Assembly: GCA_964633995.1 (NCBI GenBank)
Contig: CAZWKN010000001.1
Coordinates: 56,218-120,217 of the forward strand
Length of the DNA stretch: 64,000 nucleotides
DNA from: an uncultured Gammaproteobacteria bacterium
Lineage (GTDB): Bacteria; Patescibacteriota; Microgenomatia; CAZETR01; Amesbacteraceae
Reading direction: 5' to 3'
How positions within the stretch are numbered: the stretch's first letter is position 1; each line of letters begins with the position of its first letter. A model generated the notes under the pieces. That model did no database searches and was not told the DNA's origin. It saw only the letters and a program-made list of their open reading frames with translations. The translations under genes were made by a program, and so were the position numbers. This document shows positions 1 through 9,156 of this stretch, piece by piece.

Positions 1-473
1 TCGAGTTCATGTTCGCCAGTAAAACACTTGCCAGCGTGGGTTTTGAAGCTAATGTTTGACGATTCCAGGGTGACCGGAATCGCGGTACCGTTAAATTTTA
101 TTCCCAAAAGCGATTCGAGATCTTTTTGGACAGCTAAGAAATCGTTGTGGTGTTTTTCCAAGAGGGCGTAATAGATTGTATATCCCAGGTTTCTGTTTCT
201 GCCGTCAATAAAACCTACTATTTCTGTAAATTTGGCTACTTGGATTTTGTGATTTTGTTTTTGCGATATAAGGGCGAGTAAATTTCTTAAAAGATCACTG
301 ATAGCGATTACCCTGTCTCTCTCGTCCGACCTGATTATTCCGGTTTTTCCTCCCGAGTCCATGGACGCAGAGATTGCAGAGATATTTGAAAGGCCGGCTT
401 TTACAAGTGATTTTAGGACGATCGGAGATCCGGTGCCCCCTCCGATAGTGACGATACTCAATCTTTTTGCCAT
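1..473 (-). CDS. YvcK/CofD-like (UPF0052) protein, runs off the window edge; not in the ORF track
   Basis: Hand translation from ATG at 473: MAKRLSIVTIGGGTGSPIVLKSL...SMDSGGKTGIIR; GGGTG and DSGGxTG motifs. Confidence 0.8.
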   Translation of the reverse strand, partial: MAKRLSIVTIGGGTGSPIVLKSLVKAGLSNISAISASMDSGGKTGIIRSDERDRVIAISDLLRNLLALISQKQNHKIQVAKFTEIVGFIDGRNRNLGYTIYYALLEKHHNDFLAVQKDLESLLGIKFNGTAIPVTLESSNISFKTHAGKCFTGEHEL

Positions 474-498
474 TTTGATTTGGATTATAATCCTTCCA

Positions 499-1650
499 AT
501 GAATTTGGAAGTAGCGATAAAGGATAGCTACGCCCGGTTTGGGGTGGATTTATTTAGCATGGATTTTTGGGGCTTGAAGAGGAAGGATTGGAAACCGTGG
601 GTAGTCCAGCAGGAGTTGAGACACCGGCGTGGTAGGAGCGAGATTGTGGGAAGACTTAAGGAGGGTTTGGGTGAGCAGAGTGTGGAAGCAGAAGTGGCAG
701 AATTGTTTAGTGTGGCAGCGATCCCCTTGGGGAGAATTTTTACGGAACAGCTGGGTGTCGAGGAGTCATTAGCATGGGGAGGGAGAAGCCCTAGAGCGGC
801 CGACGAGATGGAAAAATGTTTAAGGTTGCCCTGGCGGGTGTTTGACAGACATCCTGAATATTATGAAATAGTGGTCACCTGGTTGAAATTAATGGACGAC
901 GATCAGCCAGAGGAACTAAAGGCAGATGCCTTAAAATTACAAAACATAGGATTTTTGCTGGCGCAAAGGGGTCTGCCAGTAATACTTTCCGTATTGGGAA
1001 ATTTTTTTTCCGAAGGACCAGAGTTTGAGGCGGATGCCAGGTTAATTTTGGGACATGAATCTAGTGGTCAGGTGCAGATGATTGAGGTGTTGCATGGGAT
1101 TATGGATAGATTGCATCCGGGTATGGTGAATGGCCAACCAAGTCATTTGGGTGGAGTGTGGCTAATGGGGGCTGGGTGGCAGGTGGCCTCTCCCACGAGT
1201 GGGGAAAGTCTGGATACGCGGGGATATGTACTAATGAGTAATCTTTTTAAATATGAACAAATGGCCAGAAGACTTTTTGTTGACCTTGGGCGAGAGGTTC
1301 CCCGGAATATCCGAAAATATATGCAGGCTTTGTACATTGCTCACGAATATGGGCATGGATTCGGAAGACAGGGTGGGTATTTGGAAGAGGCAGCGACAGA
1401 CGTTCCGTCAGTGCTGGCGGTTTTGGAAGCGATATTGGAACGAAAGCCAGGGTTTGAGGATATGAATGTGGATGATTTTTTGGTCGTTTGTCGGGGTGAA
1501 TATGGAGGTCAGGTGGGTTACGAGTCCCATGGGCTTTCGACATTTGAAAGTTATCCAGTTGCTAGTCAAATGGTTTTGGGGGCCATCTTGAATAAGGGGG
1601 TGACAAATGTGATGGGAGAATTGGAAAAATTACACGCGGGGCTTTTTTGA
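499..1650 (+). CDS. Zincin metallopeptidase-like protein (M49/DPP-III-like motif spacing)
   Basis: AHEYGHGFG followed by LEEAATD; start moved to ATG 499 (TATAAT at 486-491; avoids overlap with the divergent gene). Confidence 0.5.
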   Translation: MNLEVAIKDSYARFGVDLFSMDFWGLKRKDWKPWVVQQELRHRRGRSEIVGRLKEGLGEQSVEAEVAELFSVAAIPLGRIFTEQLGVEESLAWGGRSPRAADEMEKCLRLPWRVFDRHPEYYEIVVTWLKLMDDDQPEELKADALKLQNIGFLLAQRGLPVILSVLGNFFSEGPEFEADARLILGHESSGQVQMIEVLHGIMDRLHPGMVNGQPSHLGGVWLMGAGWQVASPTSGESLDTRGYVLMSNLFKYEQMARRLFVDLGREVPRNIRKYMQALYIAHEYGHGFGRQGGYLEEAATDVPSVLAVLEAILERKPGFEDMNVDDFLVVCRGEYGGQVGYESHGLSTFESYPVASQMVLGAILNKGVTNVMGELEKLHAGLF

Positions 1651-2340
1651 TTTGAGCTTGCTGAGTTTGCTGCCCAATAAAAGTGCGTCAATCGAGGCGA
1701 TAAAAGTTCCAAGTGCTGCAATGCCAAAAAACATGACGATAATCGCTACTATGCGTCCGCCTGTGGTGATTGGAAAGATGTCGCCGTAACCTATGGTGGT
1801 GGAGGTAACAATTGCCCACCAGACTGCATCCCAAAAGTTGTGAAGATTGGGGTTGGTGCCATATTCAAACAGGTAAAAACCTGCAGCCCCTGAGATAATG
1901 ACAAAACAAACGGTTGTGGCTACATAGATTAGGTAAGCGTGACGGGTATATTCCAGCGAAGCCTCTAGCAAGATCCTGATGCGGATGATGAGACGGGCGA
2001 ATCTGAGTAGGTGGAGTAAGCTAATTTTACCCACCAGATTGATTAGTAGAAACTGTTTTGAAAGCGGCGTAATAAAAGGAACGGCCGCTAACAGTTCCCA
2101 CCAATGTCGTTGCCAAAATTTGTTCTTGTGTGGGGAGTTGTGATAGTGCAGAAAAAAGTCGATTAAAAATAAAATAGAGATAATCAGATCAAGCTCACCT
2201 AAAAATTTGTGTTGGGCCAGATTGAGAGTCGAGAAGACTTCAATAATCAAAAGAACTACGCCAGCTACCGCCAGGCCTACCATAACAATTTCTTTTAGAG
2301 TGGAGATTTTTATGGGTTTACGAGTTGTTTTTGTATTCAT
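1630..2340 (-). CDS. 6-TM potassium channel
   Basis: TTIGYGD selectivity filter, Arg-rich S4-like helix. Confidence 0.9.
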   Translation of the reverse strand: MNTKTTRKPIKISTLKEIVMVGLAVAGVVLLIIEVFSTLNLAQHKFLGELDLIISILFLIDFFLHYHNSPHKNKFWQRHWWELLAAVPFITPLSKQFLLINLVGKISLLHLLRFARLIIRIRILLEASLEYTRHAYLIYVATTVCFVIISGAAGFYLFEYGTNPNLHNFWDAVWWAIVTSTTIGYGDIFPITTGGRIVAIIVMFFGIAALGTFIASIDALLLGSKLSKLKSKKPRV

Positions 2341-2368
2341 GCTAAACTCTTCTTAGAGAAGGATGGAG

Positions 2369-2686
2369 TTACCGAAGATAGGCCGAATAAATAAGAAGTG
2401 ATACTAGATAAAAAAGAGACCAACAGGTGGTAAGGGCGATTAGGCGAATTGCTGACGAAATTTGTCTCTTTTCCCAAAACAGAACTGCTGCCACGCCAAA
2501 ATAAATCAAGGCGCAAATTACGGCAGATGTTACAAAAAGGGTTAGAAAAGTCATGGGGCCTAATATGCTGGGGGGTTTGCCAAAAAGGTCACCGCCTTTG
2601 ATCATAAGCATGCCGACTAAGCTGCAATAAAAAAGCAGGGCCGTGGCTTGGAGGAAGGCAGTAAACCCAAGAGAAAACTTTTTCAC
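2369..2686 (-). CDS. Small membrane protein (3 TM)
   Basis: Hydrophobic ORF filling the gap between genes. Confidence 0.65.
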   Translation of the reverse strand: MKKFSLGFTAFLQATALLFYCSLVGMLMIKGGDLFGKPPSILGPMTFLTLFVTSAVICALIYFGVAAVLFWEKRQISSAIRLIALTTCWSLFYLVSLLIYSAYLR

Positions 2687-2725
2687 TGAAAGTATTATGA
2701 CACAAAGGTCAAGAGAAAATGTACA

Positions 2726-5110
2726 ATGGTAAATATGGATGGATTGACTGAATTGGAAGCTGGGAAGAGACTGGATAAATACGGCGAAAATTCGTTGTCG
2801 TTTGAAAAAAAAGCATCTATTGTCGAGGAATTTTTGTCCAATTTTAAAAGTCCGCTGGTTATAGTTCTTTTAATAATCGTGGGGGTTTCTGTGGCCCTAA
2901 GAAACATGGTGGATGCCTTGATGGTATTGGCGATGATAGTTTTGAGTGTGACGCTAAATTTTTTTCAGGAACATAAGGCCAGTAGGGCTTCGGAAAAATT
3001 AAAAGGGAAAGTGGCTTTGAGATGTGTTGTGATTCGGGGTGGAGTCGAGACGGAAATACTAGCAAGTAAAGTAGTGCCTGGTGACATTTTGGAATTAAAC
3101 GCCGGGGATATAGTGGCGGCGGATGCGAAACTTTTGGCTGCCAAAGATGTGTTTGTAAACCAATCCGCTTTGACGGGAGAATCTTTTCCTTTGGAAAGAA
3201 ACGACGGTGACGAAGTATTTGCGGGGACTTTTGTAGTGACGGGAACTGCCAGGGCAATAGTGATAAAAACAGGTGTAAATACCGAGTTTGGCAAAATAGC
3301 TAAAAGCATTAAAGAAGAAAGGGATGATAATGAATTTACGCTAGGGGTGAAGGATTTTAGCAATTTTATTTTACGGATAATTGTAATTTTTGTGGTGGTT
3401 GTGTTTCTGGGTAATGTGTTTATTAAACACGACATCGCCTTATCAATAATGTTTGCGGTAGCAGTTGCGGTGGGGCTTATTCCGGAATTTTTGCCTATGA
3501 TTATGACGGTTACCATGAGCCGGGGATCTATAAACATGGCGAAAAGAGGGGTGATTGTAAAAAAATTGACGGCAATTCCTACGTTTGGGGGGATGGATAT
3601 TTTGTGCACGGACAAGACGGGTACACTGACAGAAGATCATATTCGTTTGGTAAAGTATGTGGACTTGAAGGGGAAGGAATCGGAAGAAGTTTTTCGTTAC
3701 GCATATTTGAACAGTTTCTTTCAGACGGGAATTACTAATCCGTTGGACAAGGCGGTGGTGGATTACAAAATGATAGACACCTCTGCTTGTAAAAAAATTG
3801 ATGAAATTCCGTTTGATTTCGAAAGAAAAAAAATGAGTGTGGTGGTGGATACTAGCGAAGGCAGGTTTTTGGTATCAAAGGGGGCTCCGGAAGAAATAGT
3901 AAAAGGGAACAAAAAGTATTTGGACATATATGAGAGGTTGAGTAGGGATGGATACCGAGTGTTGGCTATTGCAGTAAAAAAAATACCTAAGAATAAAAAC
4001 AGTTATTCTAAATCGGATGAAGTCGGGTTGACGCCAATGGGTTTTGTAGCGTTTTTGGATCCCCCTAGGCCGGGAGTTAAGGAGGCAATTGATGCTGTCG
4101 AGGCGATGGGGATAGAAGTAAAGGTGATAACCGGGGACAATGAATTAGTAACTCGGAAAGTGTGTTTGGATGCGGGTATTTTGGTTAAAGGGTTAATGGT
4201 GGGTGGGGAGGTAGATGGTTTAACTGATGAAGAGTTGTATCAACGGGCAACGGCATGTACGATTTTTGCACGATTTTCGCCTGTACAAAAAGCTAGGGTA
4301 ATTTCAGTGCTTAAGATGCATGGGAGGGTGGTGGGATATATGGGCGATGGAATTAACGATGCTCCGTCACTTAGGGCGGCTGACGTGGGGATTTCGGTAG
4401 CCAATGCGGTGGATGTAGCCCGGGAGTCGGCGGATATTATTTTGACGCATAAAAGTTTACATGAGTTGAGAAACGGAGTGATCGAAGGGCGGAAAACGTT
4501 TGGAAATACCATGAAATATATCATGATGGGGTTGTCTAGTAATTTCGGAAATATGTTTTCCGTATTGGGAGCGGTTGTGTTTTTGCCGTTTTTGCCGATG
4601 TTGCCAATTCAGATATTGCTGAACAACTTTTTGTACGACGTAAGTCAGCTTAGTCTGCCCTTTGACGAGGTAGATGCAGAGTTTGTAAAAATGCCAAAGA
4701 GGTGGGATGTGGGAATGCTGAAGAATTTTATGCTGACGTTTGGCCCGATAAGTTCAATATTTGATGTCATTACTTTTGTGGTGTTGTATGGATTTTTCAA
4801 AAACATGCCTGGCAGTTTTCAAACTGGATGGTTTATGGAGAGTTTGGCCACTCAAACTTTGGTGATTCATATCATCAGGACTAGAAAATTGCCGCTTATT
4901 CAAAGCGTTGCCAGTCCGCTGTTGTGGATATCGACGCTTACAGTGGTGGGGGTGGGTTGGATTTTGCCCATGTCGTCACTAGGAAGATGGTTTGGGTTTA
5001 CTCAATTGCCCATTGGTGTGATTGCCTTGCTGGCAGCTATTGTTGGAGGATATTTGGTAGTGGTAGAGGTTGGAAAATGGATGTTTTACCGACGGTGGGG
5101 TGGATTATAA
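2726..5110 (+). CDS. mgtA: Magnesium-translocating P-type ATPase
   Basis: TGES, PEFLP, DKTGTLT, GDGINDAPSL, SSNFGNMFS, NFLYD motifs. Confidence 0.92.
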   Translation: MVNMDGLTELEAGKRLDKYGENSLSFEKKASIVEEFLSNFKSPLVIVLLIIVGVSVALRNMVDALMVLAMIVLSVTLNFFQEHKASRASEKLKGKVALRCVVIRGGVETEILASKVVPGDILELNAGDIVAADAKLLAAKDVFVNQSALTGESFPLERNDGDEVFAGTFVVTGTARAIVIKTGVNTEFGKIAKSIKEERDDNEFTLGVKDFSNFILRIIVIFVVVVFLGNVFIKHDIALSIMFAVAVAVGLIPEFLPMIMTVTMSRGSINMAKRGVIVKKLTAIPTFGGMDILCTDKTGTLTEDHIRLVKYVDLKGKESEEVFRYAYLNSFFQTGITNPLDKAVVDYKMIDTSACKKIDEIPFDFERKKMSVVVDTSEGRFLVSKGAPEEIVKGNKKYLDIYERLSRDGYRVLAIAVKKIPKNKNSYSKSDEVGLTPMGFVAFLDPPRPGVKEAIDAVEAMGIEVKVITGDNELVTRKVCLDAGILVKGLMVGGEVDGLTDEELYQRATACTIFARFSPVQKARVISVLKMHGRVVGYMGDGINDAPSLRAADVGISVANAVDVARESADIILTHKSLHELRNGVIEGRKTFGNTMKYIMMGLSSNFGNMFSVLGAVVFLPFLPMLPIQILLNNFLYDVSQLSLPFDEVDAEFVKMPKRWDVGMLKNFMLTFGPISSIFDVITFVVLYGFFKNMPGSFQTGWFMESLATQTLVIHIIRTRKLPLIQSVASPLLWISTLTVVGVGWILPMSSLGRWFGFTQLPIGVIALLAAIVGGYLVVVEVGKWMFYRRWGGL

Positions 5111-5118
5111 TTGTAGTT

Positions 5119-5544
5119 GTGAATAAGTTATACGTAACTATTTTTGCTGTAGTGTTGGTTTTTTTGGTTGGTGGAGGTTGGTATTTGGTCAACAAAAAAG
5201 CAGAGCAGATGAAGAACTCTGTATACGTGCTAGAAATTCCTCGGCCAAACACCAAAGTGGTTGACGACTTTGTCATTAGAGGAAAAGCTAAGCACACATT
5301 AGACGATTTAATTTTTTATGCTATTTATGACGCTAAATATAAGAATGAAAACGGGACAGAACTGGGGCTTAATATGGGAAGTATCAGAATAAAAGATGGC
5401 TTTTTCGAGGCTCATTTAAAAAGCGTCTACCCAGAAAGTAGCGGGCAGATTGTATTGGAGCTGTATACGTATGATCCGGGTGACTTAAAGTACGAGAAAC
5501 GAATTAATATTTCGAAGATTCCGCTCGTTCTTAAGCGAGATTAG
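5119..5544 (+). CDS. Membrane-anchored protein with Ig-like (Gmad2-like) domain
   Basis: N-terminal TM then beta-rich domain; GTG start 7 nt after TATAAT (5106-5111). Confidence 0.55.
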   Translation: MNKLYVTIFAVVLVFLVGGGWYLVNKKAEQMKNSVYVLEIPRPNTKVVDDFVIRGKAKHTLDDLIFYAIYDAKYKNENGTELGLNMGSIRIKDGFFEAHLKSVYPESSGQIVLELYTYDPGDLKYEKRINISKIPLVLKRD

Positions 5545-5595
5545 TTGTGGTAAAAATGGATTTTTGGATGGGATTGAGTATAATCCGTTCATATT

Positions 5596-6480
5596 ATGGT
5601 GCCAGAAGTGGTGACAAATACAGAGGTTAGCCGGTCTGTGGCGGACGCCGTTGTGGATGAGGCCGGAAAATGGAAGTTGCCTAGGGGATTGGTGTATGTG
5701 GCCAGTATTTATAATGCCTTTGTACCGTTGGCTGTGCGGACTTTGGATGGGGATGGGTGGGGTGTGCAAACAACTGATTTTACTGTGCGTCAGGAAAATA
5801 GGTTGAAAGTCGCCATTACAAGTACGCAATATGCGATCAATAGTCTTAGGTCTGGTGGTGAGCAGCGGAAATATGAAAGGGAAAAGGAGAGAACGCCGGC
5901 AAGTTATGGTGATTTTTATTTCGATTTTATCGGAAGGTCAGTATACTTGGCCGAAATGGGGATGGTGGCGACTTTTGTGGCCGAAAATGTAGATGCTGCT
6001 AATTCAGAAGATTTGGTGAAGAGTTCGCTTGGCCCAGGTTTCCAAAGTGAAAAGAATAGGTTTGGCTTGTTGGATTTATTATCTGAAGGACTGAAAAATA
6101 ATACACAAAGACTTACTTCGAATGCCACGGCGGTGGCGTTAATTGGATTGAATACTTTTGTTGATAACTGTGGATCAAATGATCCGTTGTTGGTGTCGTT
6201 ACAGACTCTTGGGCCATTGAATATGGGAGTATATGGGGTAGTTGCAAGTAAGGCCAGGGCAGTGATTAGAGCTGCGGTACCGTCGGGGATGGCTCAGACT
6301 AGTAGGGAACACTTGTCCCAAATTGAGGGTGGAGTGCTGGTAAGGGTCGCTGATTCGTTGGGAGTAAGAAATCGAGTGGTTGCTGTTGGTGGTCTTAGGC
6401 CTGGTCAGGCGGATTTGAACTTGATACGGGAAGTGGCAGTTAATAATCCAATGTTGGGTGTGTCAATTTTGGGTTTGTAG
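5596..6480 (+). CDS. Hypothetical protein
   Basis: 294-aa ORF with TATAAT just upstream. Confidence 0.65.
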   Translation: MVPEVVTNTEVSRSVADAVVDEAGKWKLPRGLVYVASIYNAFVPLAVRTLDGDGWGVQTTDFTVRQENRLKVAITSTQYAINSLRSGGEQRKYEREKERTPASYGDFYFDFIGRSVYLAEMGMVATFVAENVDAANSEDLVKSSLGPGFQSEKNRFGLLDLLSEGLKNNTQRLTSNATAVALIGLNTFVDNCGSNDPLLVSLQTLGPLNMGVYGVVASKARAVIRAAVPSGMAQTSREHLSQIEGGVLVRVADSLGVRNRVVAVGGLRPGQADLNLIREVAVNNPMLGVSILGL

Positions 6481-6490
6481 GGAGGATATT

Positions 6491-6772
6491 GTGGCGATAG
6501 AAAGATTACTGGAGTCGCTTTTAAATGGGGAGTATTTCCATTGTCGACCGATAGCGGGTGGGCCGACAGTTAAGGCGATAGTGACTAGTCCAACAGACGA
6601 CACAATTCCAAATATTAAGAGGGCCATCTTGTGCCCCGTAAGACAATCTGGGGGCGTGTGTGGGTTGAGAGACCTGCTCGGTGTCAGAGGTCCCAGGCGC
6701 TGTTTGTGGCATAGGGGGGATGGAACTTGGTATTTGATTTATGGACCAATAACTGACAAGAAAACTGAGTAG
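6491..6772 (+). CDS. Hypothetical Cys-containing protein
   Basis: GGAGG at 6481 then in-frame GTG at 6491. Confidence 0.45.
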   Translation: MAIERLLESLLNGEYFHCRPIAGGPTVKAIVTSPTDDTIPNIKRAILCPVRQSGGVCGLRDLLGVRGPRRCLWHRGDGTWYLIYGPITDKKTE

Positions 6773-6809
6773 GGAACTTTTATTTTAATAACTGCGGACT
6801 ATAATTCCA

Positions 6810-7289
6810 GTGATGAGGGTGACAACGCTTTGTTACTTTATAGATAAGGATGCTTCTAAAGTCTTATTGGGGAAGAAATTGAGAGGAAGAGGCATGGGAA
6901 AGTTTAATGGTTATGGTGGGAAGAGGGAAAAAGATGAGTCGGTTCTTGCTTGTTTGAATAGGGAATGTCAGGAAGAGGCCCAAATCATCCCCATCAATCC
7001 AATAGAGCGGGGCAAAATCCTGTATAGATTTTATGTTCCAGGGGTGGATGAGGTCCAGACGTTGCAGGTATATGTATTTACTTGTAACCAAATGAGTGGG
7101 AAACCGACCGTCTCTGACGAGATGGAGCCCCATTGGTTTAATTTGACTGACTTGCCATGGGACCAGATGGAGACAAACGATAAATTGTGGCTTTTAACCC
7201 TGCTTACAACTCGCAAAAACATCGATGCCTATTTAACTTTTGATCAAGACAACAACCAACTTCCCGAAAGCTACATCAATTGGAAATAA
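6810..7289 (+). CDS. NUDIX hydrolase (8-oxo-dGTPase/MTH1-like)
   Basis: LLGKKLRGRGMGKFNGYGGK...RECQEEA; SDEMEPHWF. Confidence 0.85.
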   Translation: MMRVTTLCYFIDKDASKVLLGKKLRGRGMGKFNGYGGKREKDESVLACLNRECQEEAQIIPINPIERGKILYRFYVPGVDEVQTLQVYVFTCNQMSGKPTVSDEMEPHWFNLTDLPWDQMETNDKLWLLTLLTTRKNIDAYLTFDQDNNQLPESYINWK

Positions 7290-7346
7290 TTTTTGAGGGC
7301 TATCAAATTGTAACAAAGGCCTCAAAACCGCTATACTAACGAAGGT

Positions 7347-7901
7347 ATGCCAAATAAGACACTCAGAATTTTGTTTGCTTGTAATGCTATTTTTGTTTTT
7401 GCTGGAAATTTGCTGGGGCCTCTTTATGCGGTTTTTGTCCAAGGCATTAAGCACGACATCCCTACTATCAGTGGTAGCTGGGCGGTGTATTTGGTTTCCA
7501 CTACCATTTTTATGGTTTTATTTACGGGTATTCATGATCGGGGGTTACATAAAAAGAGGTTGTTGGTGGGGGCATATTTGGTAAGAGCTGTGGTCTGGGC
7601 GTCGTATTCTATGGTTAATGGATTAGGTTTTCTTTTGATTCTTCAGGTTGTTTTGGGGTTGGGCGAAGCAATGGGTACTCCAGCATTTGATGCAATTTTT
7701 GCGGAACACTTGGATCGCGGAAAACATCTGGCGGATTATTCGGAATGGCAGGTGGTTAATAATTTTGTTTTGGCAATCGGGACGTTTATGGGTGGTTTGA
7801 TTGTGTCTAATTTTGGGTTTAAGCCTTTGTTTTTATTGATGTCCGGACTAGCTTTGTTGTCTGCCGCGACTGCCTATCTGAAACTAAAAAGTGTCAGGTA
7901 G
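7347..7901 (+). CDS. Half-size (6-TM) MFS transporter
   Basis: MFS-like helices, LGLGEAMGTPAFDA; only 184 aa. Confidence 0.7.
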   Translation: MPNKTLRILFACNAIFVFAGNLLGPLYAVFVQGIKHDIPTISGSWAVYLVSTTIFMVLFTGIHDRGLHKKRLLVGAYLVRAVVWASYSMVNGLGFLLILQVVLGLGEAMGTPAFDAIFAEHLDRGKHLADYSEWQVVNNFVLAIGTFMGGLIVSNFGFKPLFLLMSGLALLSAATAYLKLKSVR

Positions 7902-7947
7902 ATAGAGTCGTGTGAGATAGTTCTGGGGTTTAGGTTATAATCCGAAT

Positions 7948-8280
7948 ATGGTCAAGTTGGTAGACAAACCAGTTGAGAGTGGAGAACTGGTTGGAATGGC
8001 GGAAGAGATTGGAGGCTTTTATATCAAGGTAGTAATTGATATAAAAAGGGAAATTTTGTGTGCCGGGGCGAAAATGCATATTGATGAGGAGCAACTGTTG
8101 TTGGACCAAGGGAGTGAACAGGGAAATTTGTGGGGAGGTGGATATGATCTGGAAACAAAACAGGTGACTTTTGATTCAATTATCAATAATAAGCCAGGCG
8201 TAAATTCTAGTTCGGATATCTTGGATCCTAAAGTCCGAAAAAGATTTGAGCAAGTTATTAGATGGTTGTTAAATTTATGA
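7948..8280 (+). CDS. DUF5674-like protein
   Basis: KVVIDI...MHIDEEQLLLDQGSEQGNLWGG...FDSIIN pattern (recalled family). Confidence 0.7.
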   Translation: MVKLVDKPVESGELVGMAEEIGGFYIKVVIDIKREILCAGAKMHIDEEQLLLDQGSEQGNLWGGGYDLETKQVTFDSIINNKPGVNSSSDILDPKVRKRFEQVIRWLLNL

Positions 8281-8507
8281 CTAAGCAGCAAATTTGGCAG
8301 ACCATTGCTTTGGATTTAAAAAGGGCGGCTAACTATATGGCAGTGGGCAGTAAGAGCAAGGCTGACTACTACCTGAATGAGGCTAAAAGTTTGTATGAAA
8401 CACAAGAGGTTGGGGGGGGCATGAAGAAAATCGAGCGATTTATTAAGTTTGATGGGAACGCTGAGGATCTATTGCTTTCGGGGTGTCTGATTTCGACTAG
8501 GGTTTAG
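8277..8507 (+). CDS. Small helical hypothetical protein coupled to the DUF5674-like gene
   Basis: ATGA overlap at 8277-8280. Confidence 0.6.
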   Translation: MTKQQIWQTIALDLKRAANYMAVGSKSKADYYLNEAKSLYETQEVGGGMKKIERFIKFDGNAEDLLLSGCLISTRV

Positions 8508-8706
8508 TGTTATTTTCTTGTTCAACGTCAGTCTTAAGACCATGGCCAAGTTCCTGAAGGGCATTTTCTTTAAGGGTACTCCCATCTCTAAAGAATGGAA
8601 GATTGAAACCAAATCCGGTTCGCGAGGCGACTATAATAGCCATGACAAACCTACCCATCTTTTCCAATCTTTCTTTCCAACCAGTGGTAGGCACACTTTC
8701 AGTCAT
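8497..8706 (-). CDS. Hypothetical small protein
   Basis: Minus-strand TTGACA(8736-8741)-17 nt-TACAAT(8713-8718), 6 nt before ATG. Confidence 0.55.
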   Translation of the reverse strand: MTESVPTTGWKERLEKMGRFVMAIIVASRTGFGFNLPFFRDGSTLKENALQELGHGLKTDVEQENNTKP

Positions 8707-8890
8707 GGCTATATTGTAACCGGAATAATGCTCGCTGTCAAACTATAGGTCTAAATGAGAGGGCTGTGAGCCATTTCGTTTTTACATTTAGGACATTTCA
8801 TAAACTATCTGACTTAAGTTAGCAGATGATATTATTGATGGCAATTTTGCAGCCCTGGATGGAGGACATTCGAACCTATTGTGCACAAAT

Positions 8891-8920
8891 TTGACAGATT
8901 ATAGGGATGGGTGGTACCAT
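8891..8920 (+). promoter_or_regulatory. Sigma70-type promoter for the T-box leader
   Basis: TTGACA 8891-8896, 18-nt spacer, TGgTACCAT extended -10 ending at 8920. Confidence 0.7.
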
Positions 8921-8938
8921 TCGTCTACAATTTGCAAA

Positions 8939-9156
8939 AGCGGTGAGAGTGCTCGCAACACTTTAGCTGAGGCAGGAAATGGCCTACGGGTAAGCCCGTG
9001 ATAGCAGTAAATGAGGAGACTCAAACAGTTCGTCAAGGTTTAACGACTGTTTTTTAGTTTTTGAGTCTCGAAAATAGGGTGGTACAGCGATAACGCTTCG
9101 AGTCGCCCCTTTTGGATCTAAGGTTTTTTGCTTTGGATACAAGAGGGGCGATTTTT
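8939..9156 (+). promoter_or_regulatory. T-box riboswitch, ultrashort Stem I type
   Basis: AGGG-TGGTACA-GCG (9076-9089) pairs with CGC-CCCT (9104-9110); stem III GAGACTCAAA/TTTGAGTCTC; stem IIA CGGG-TAAG-CCCG; competing hairpin 9102-9152. Confidence 0.88.

Noticed and set aside
361-498. N-terminal part of the 429-aa ORF
   Set aside because: Overlaps the YvcK-like gene on the minus strand; ATG 499 has a -10 box
8850-8880. TTCGAACC as a tRNA remnant or att site
   Set aside because: T-stem and acceptor pairing cannot be built
8906-8925. Second GGGTGGTACC as a tandem T-box
   Set aside because: Coincides with the -10 box 18 nt after TTGACA and has no upstream stems
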